A stretch of 26,355 nucleotides of DNA from a virus (Duplodnaviria > Caudoviricetes): IMG/VR virus record IMGVR_UViG_3300012952_000113, positions 1-26,355 of that record; one strand, given 5' to 3'. The notes under the pieces were generated by a model. The model was not told the DNA's origin. It searched no databases and saw only the letters and a program-made list of their open reading frames with translations. Both the position numbers and the translations under genes were made by a program. Shown here piece after piece: positions 24,524 through 26,355 of the stretch. How positions within the stretch are numbered: position 1 is the stretch's first letter; each line of letters starts with the position of its first letter.

Positions 24524-26355
24524 ATGTCTGTACTTCAGAAATTAACTGAGGGTATTGTTAGCAGAGATCTCGGAAAGGAGGGTACCGCACTACTGTCAAA
24601 GTGGGAGCGCACCGGACTTTTAGAGGGACTTGGTAACGAACACTCTCGTTCTAGTATGGCTCGCTTGCTTGAGAACCAAGCTAAAGAGCTACTCCGCGAG
24701 GTATCCTCTATGGGATCCGGTGGAGATGTTGAAGGTTTTGCATCCGTTGCATTTCCTATCGTACGACGCGTTTTCGGAGGCTTAATTGCTAACGATCTTG
24801 TTTCCGTACAACCGATGAGTTTACCTAGTGGACTTATCTTCTTCCTCGACTTTCAGTACGAGGGGGCCAGAGGCGCTGATGCCGCTGAAGAGTCACTCTT
24901 CGGTGGTGGAGTCGTTGGCCAGCAGATCACCGGTGGTGTCGATCTGTCCGCAGCCGCTGCCGAAAAGGGCTTCTACTCTATGCACCAAGGATATTCGTCC
25001 GCTACTGGTTCTACGACTATGACCCTCGCCATTCTGGCACACGGTACTGTTGGTGATGGATCCGCAGCTTCGGGTTCTACCCATGAAGGCGTTGGCTCGG
25101 CTTTCGTCCTTCAGCCTTCGGCACTTGGTAAAGAGTCTGCATATCGAGGCGGAGAAGATGTCACATTAGATCAGTTGGTACGCTATGATGCGGACCTTTC
25201 TGGTTCTGTTGTCGTCGTCACTATCGCTACTGCATCGACGGCTTTAGCACCTCAAGGTACCACGCCACTTGCGCTTGATAACTTGATTGCCATTGCACCC
25301 GATATTAGTGGTACTGCCACTTCGAACTGCGATCCGGCCAAGGTGCGTCTCGTTCGCCGTCTGACTCAGATTGTGGATGTTGATGGAACTCAGTCGCTTC
25401 GTGCTTTGGAAGGTCAAAACCTCGCCAACGCTCAAGTCATCATGGTTTGGGAACAAGTCGGCGGCCACACCGTCAGCGCTGCTTCTGGTGATCACATGGT
25501 CCAAGAGTTAACTGAGGCTGCCAAGACTTTCACTTTCCCGCTCAAGGATAACCTTGATAATGTGGGCGAGAGAGCACTTGGTGCAGTTGTCGGAGCAGAC
25601 ACTTGGGGACTGGAGAACTTAGGTAGTATTGCCGAGATCGACATCAAGGTCGATTCCGTAGCAATCACCGCGGCAACCAAGAAGCTCAAGGCTAAGTGGA
25701 CGCCAGAGTTGGGACAGGATCTTAATGCCTATCACAACCTTGACGCCGAAGTCGAGCTTACTGGAATTCTCTCTGAGCAAATTGCTCTTGAGATTGACCG
25801 CGAGATTCTTAACGATCTCGTCCGCGGAGCAACGGCAGGTACCTACTACTGGGCTCGTTCCCCGGGTATGTTCGTCAACCGTTCAACTGGTAAAGAAATT
25901 GGAGCGTCTTCGGCTGCTCCGGACTTCACCGGTACGGTTAGCGAGTGGTATGAGACTCTTGTTGAGACCATCAACGATGTGTCTGCACAAATTCACCGCA
26001 AGACCTTAAGAGGTGGAGCTAACTTCTTGGTGTGTTCGCCAGAGGTTGCCAACATCCTTGAGTTCACCAGTGGATTCCGTGCTAACATCACCGCTGATGC
26101 CGATAAGGGCTCTGTCGGAGCAGTTAACGCTGGCTCTATTTCCAAGAAGTGGGATGTCTATGTTGACCCCTATTTCCCGCGGAACCTTGTTCTTGTGGGT
26201 CGTAGAGGCAATAGCTTCCTTGAGAGCGGGTATGTGTATGCACCTTATGTGCCACTGCAGACCACTCCTACAATCTTCGGAACGGAAGACTTCGTACCCC
26301 GTAAGGGCGTCATGACGCGCTACGGTAAGAAGATGGTCCGTCCGGATATGTATGG
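24524..26355 (+). CDS. Major capsid protein (T4 gp23-like), 3'-truncated, more than 610 aa; absent from the ORF track
   Basis: AAGGAG SD, ATG at 24524 and open to the window end. Motifs: LLENQ, FPIVRRVF...DLVSVQPMSLPSGLIFFL, KKLKAKWTPELGQDLNAYHNLDAEVEL, EIDREI, GANFLVCSPEVA, YAPYVPL, PRKGVMTRYG. Confidence 0.96.
   Translation, partial: MSVLQKLTEGIVSRDLGKEGTALLSKWERTGLLEGLGNEHSRSSMARLLENQAKELLREVSSMGSGGDVEGFASVAFPIVRRVFGGLIANDLVSVQPMSLPSGLIFFLDFQYEGARGADAAEESLFGGGVVGQQITGGVDLSAAAAEKGFYSMHQGYSSATGSTTMTLAILAHGTVGDGSAASGSTHEGVGSAFVLQPSALGKESAYRGGEDVTLDQLVRYDADLSGSVVVVTIATASTALAPQGTTPLALDNLIAIAPDISGTATSNCDPAKVRLVRRLTQIVDVDGTQSLRALEGQNLANAQVIMVWEQVGGHTVSAASGDHMVQELTEAAKTFTFPLKDNLDNVGERALGAVVGADTWGLENLGSIAEIDIKVDSVAITAATKKLKAKWTPELGQDLNAYHNLDAEVELTGILSEQIALEIDREILNDLVRGATAGTYYWARSPGMFVNRSTGKEIGASSAAPDFTGTVSEWYETLVETINDVSAQIHRKTLRGGANFLVCSPEVANILEFTSGFRANITADADKGSVGAVNAGSISKKWDVYVDPYFPRNLVLVGRRGNSFLESGYVYAPYVPLQTTPTIFGTEDFVPRKGVMTRYGKKMVRPDMY

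Noticed and set aside
177-25689. Numerous minus-strand ORFs in the track (e.g. 19008..19997, 15872..16450, 3287..3748)
   Set aside because: They lie antisense to convincing + strand genes and have no recognisable motifs; they are shadow ORFs.
24828-26315. Track ORFs 24828..25022, 25725..26009 and 26013..26315
   Set aside because: They are alternative frames within the major capsid gene that starts at 24524.

Overview
This window is part of a large T4-like (gp17/gp20/gp21/gp23-type) dsDNA bacteriophage genome. All credible genes are on the + strand and use the standard code. From 5' to 3' it contains: the end of a Pro-rich repeat protein; a sigma70-type promoter ahead of a single-chain Mre11-Rad50 (SbcD-SbcC, gp47-gp46) fusion; a three-gene membrane cassette resembling holin and spanin genes; an 889-aa modular protein with a lysozyme/SLT-like domain; an Hc1-like small basic protein; terminase large subunit; portal; a CxxC membrane protein followed by an unannotated 22-aa Cys-Cys peptide; prohead protease; ribosomal protein bS21; two large fibre-like proteins; a polyproline-containing scaffold; and the major capsid protein (not in the ORF track, runs off the end). 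The most interesting unexplained signals are (1) a recurring L-K-x-(L/I)-(I/V)-x-E-E-L helix followed by (I/L/V)-x-E protease-type sites, suggesting capsid targeting and polyprotein cargo, (2) a recurring ACTA(T/A/C)TTA motif, a likely late promoter, (3) the CxxC protein / CC peptide / hairpin unit before the protease gene, and (4) a long G-U-rich leader hairpin. All family calls come from motif recognition by eye. No database searches were run.
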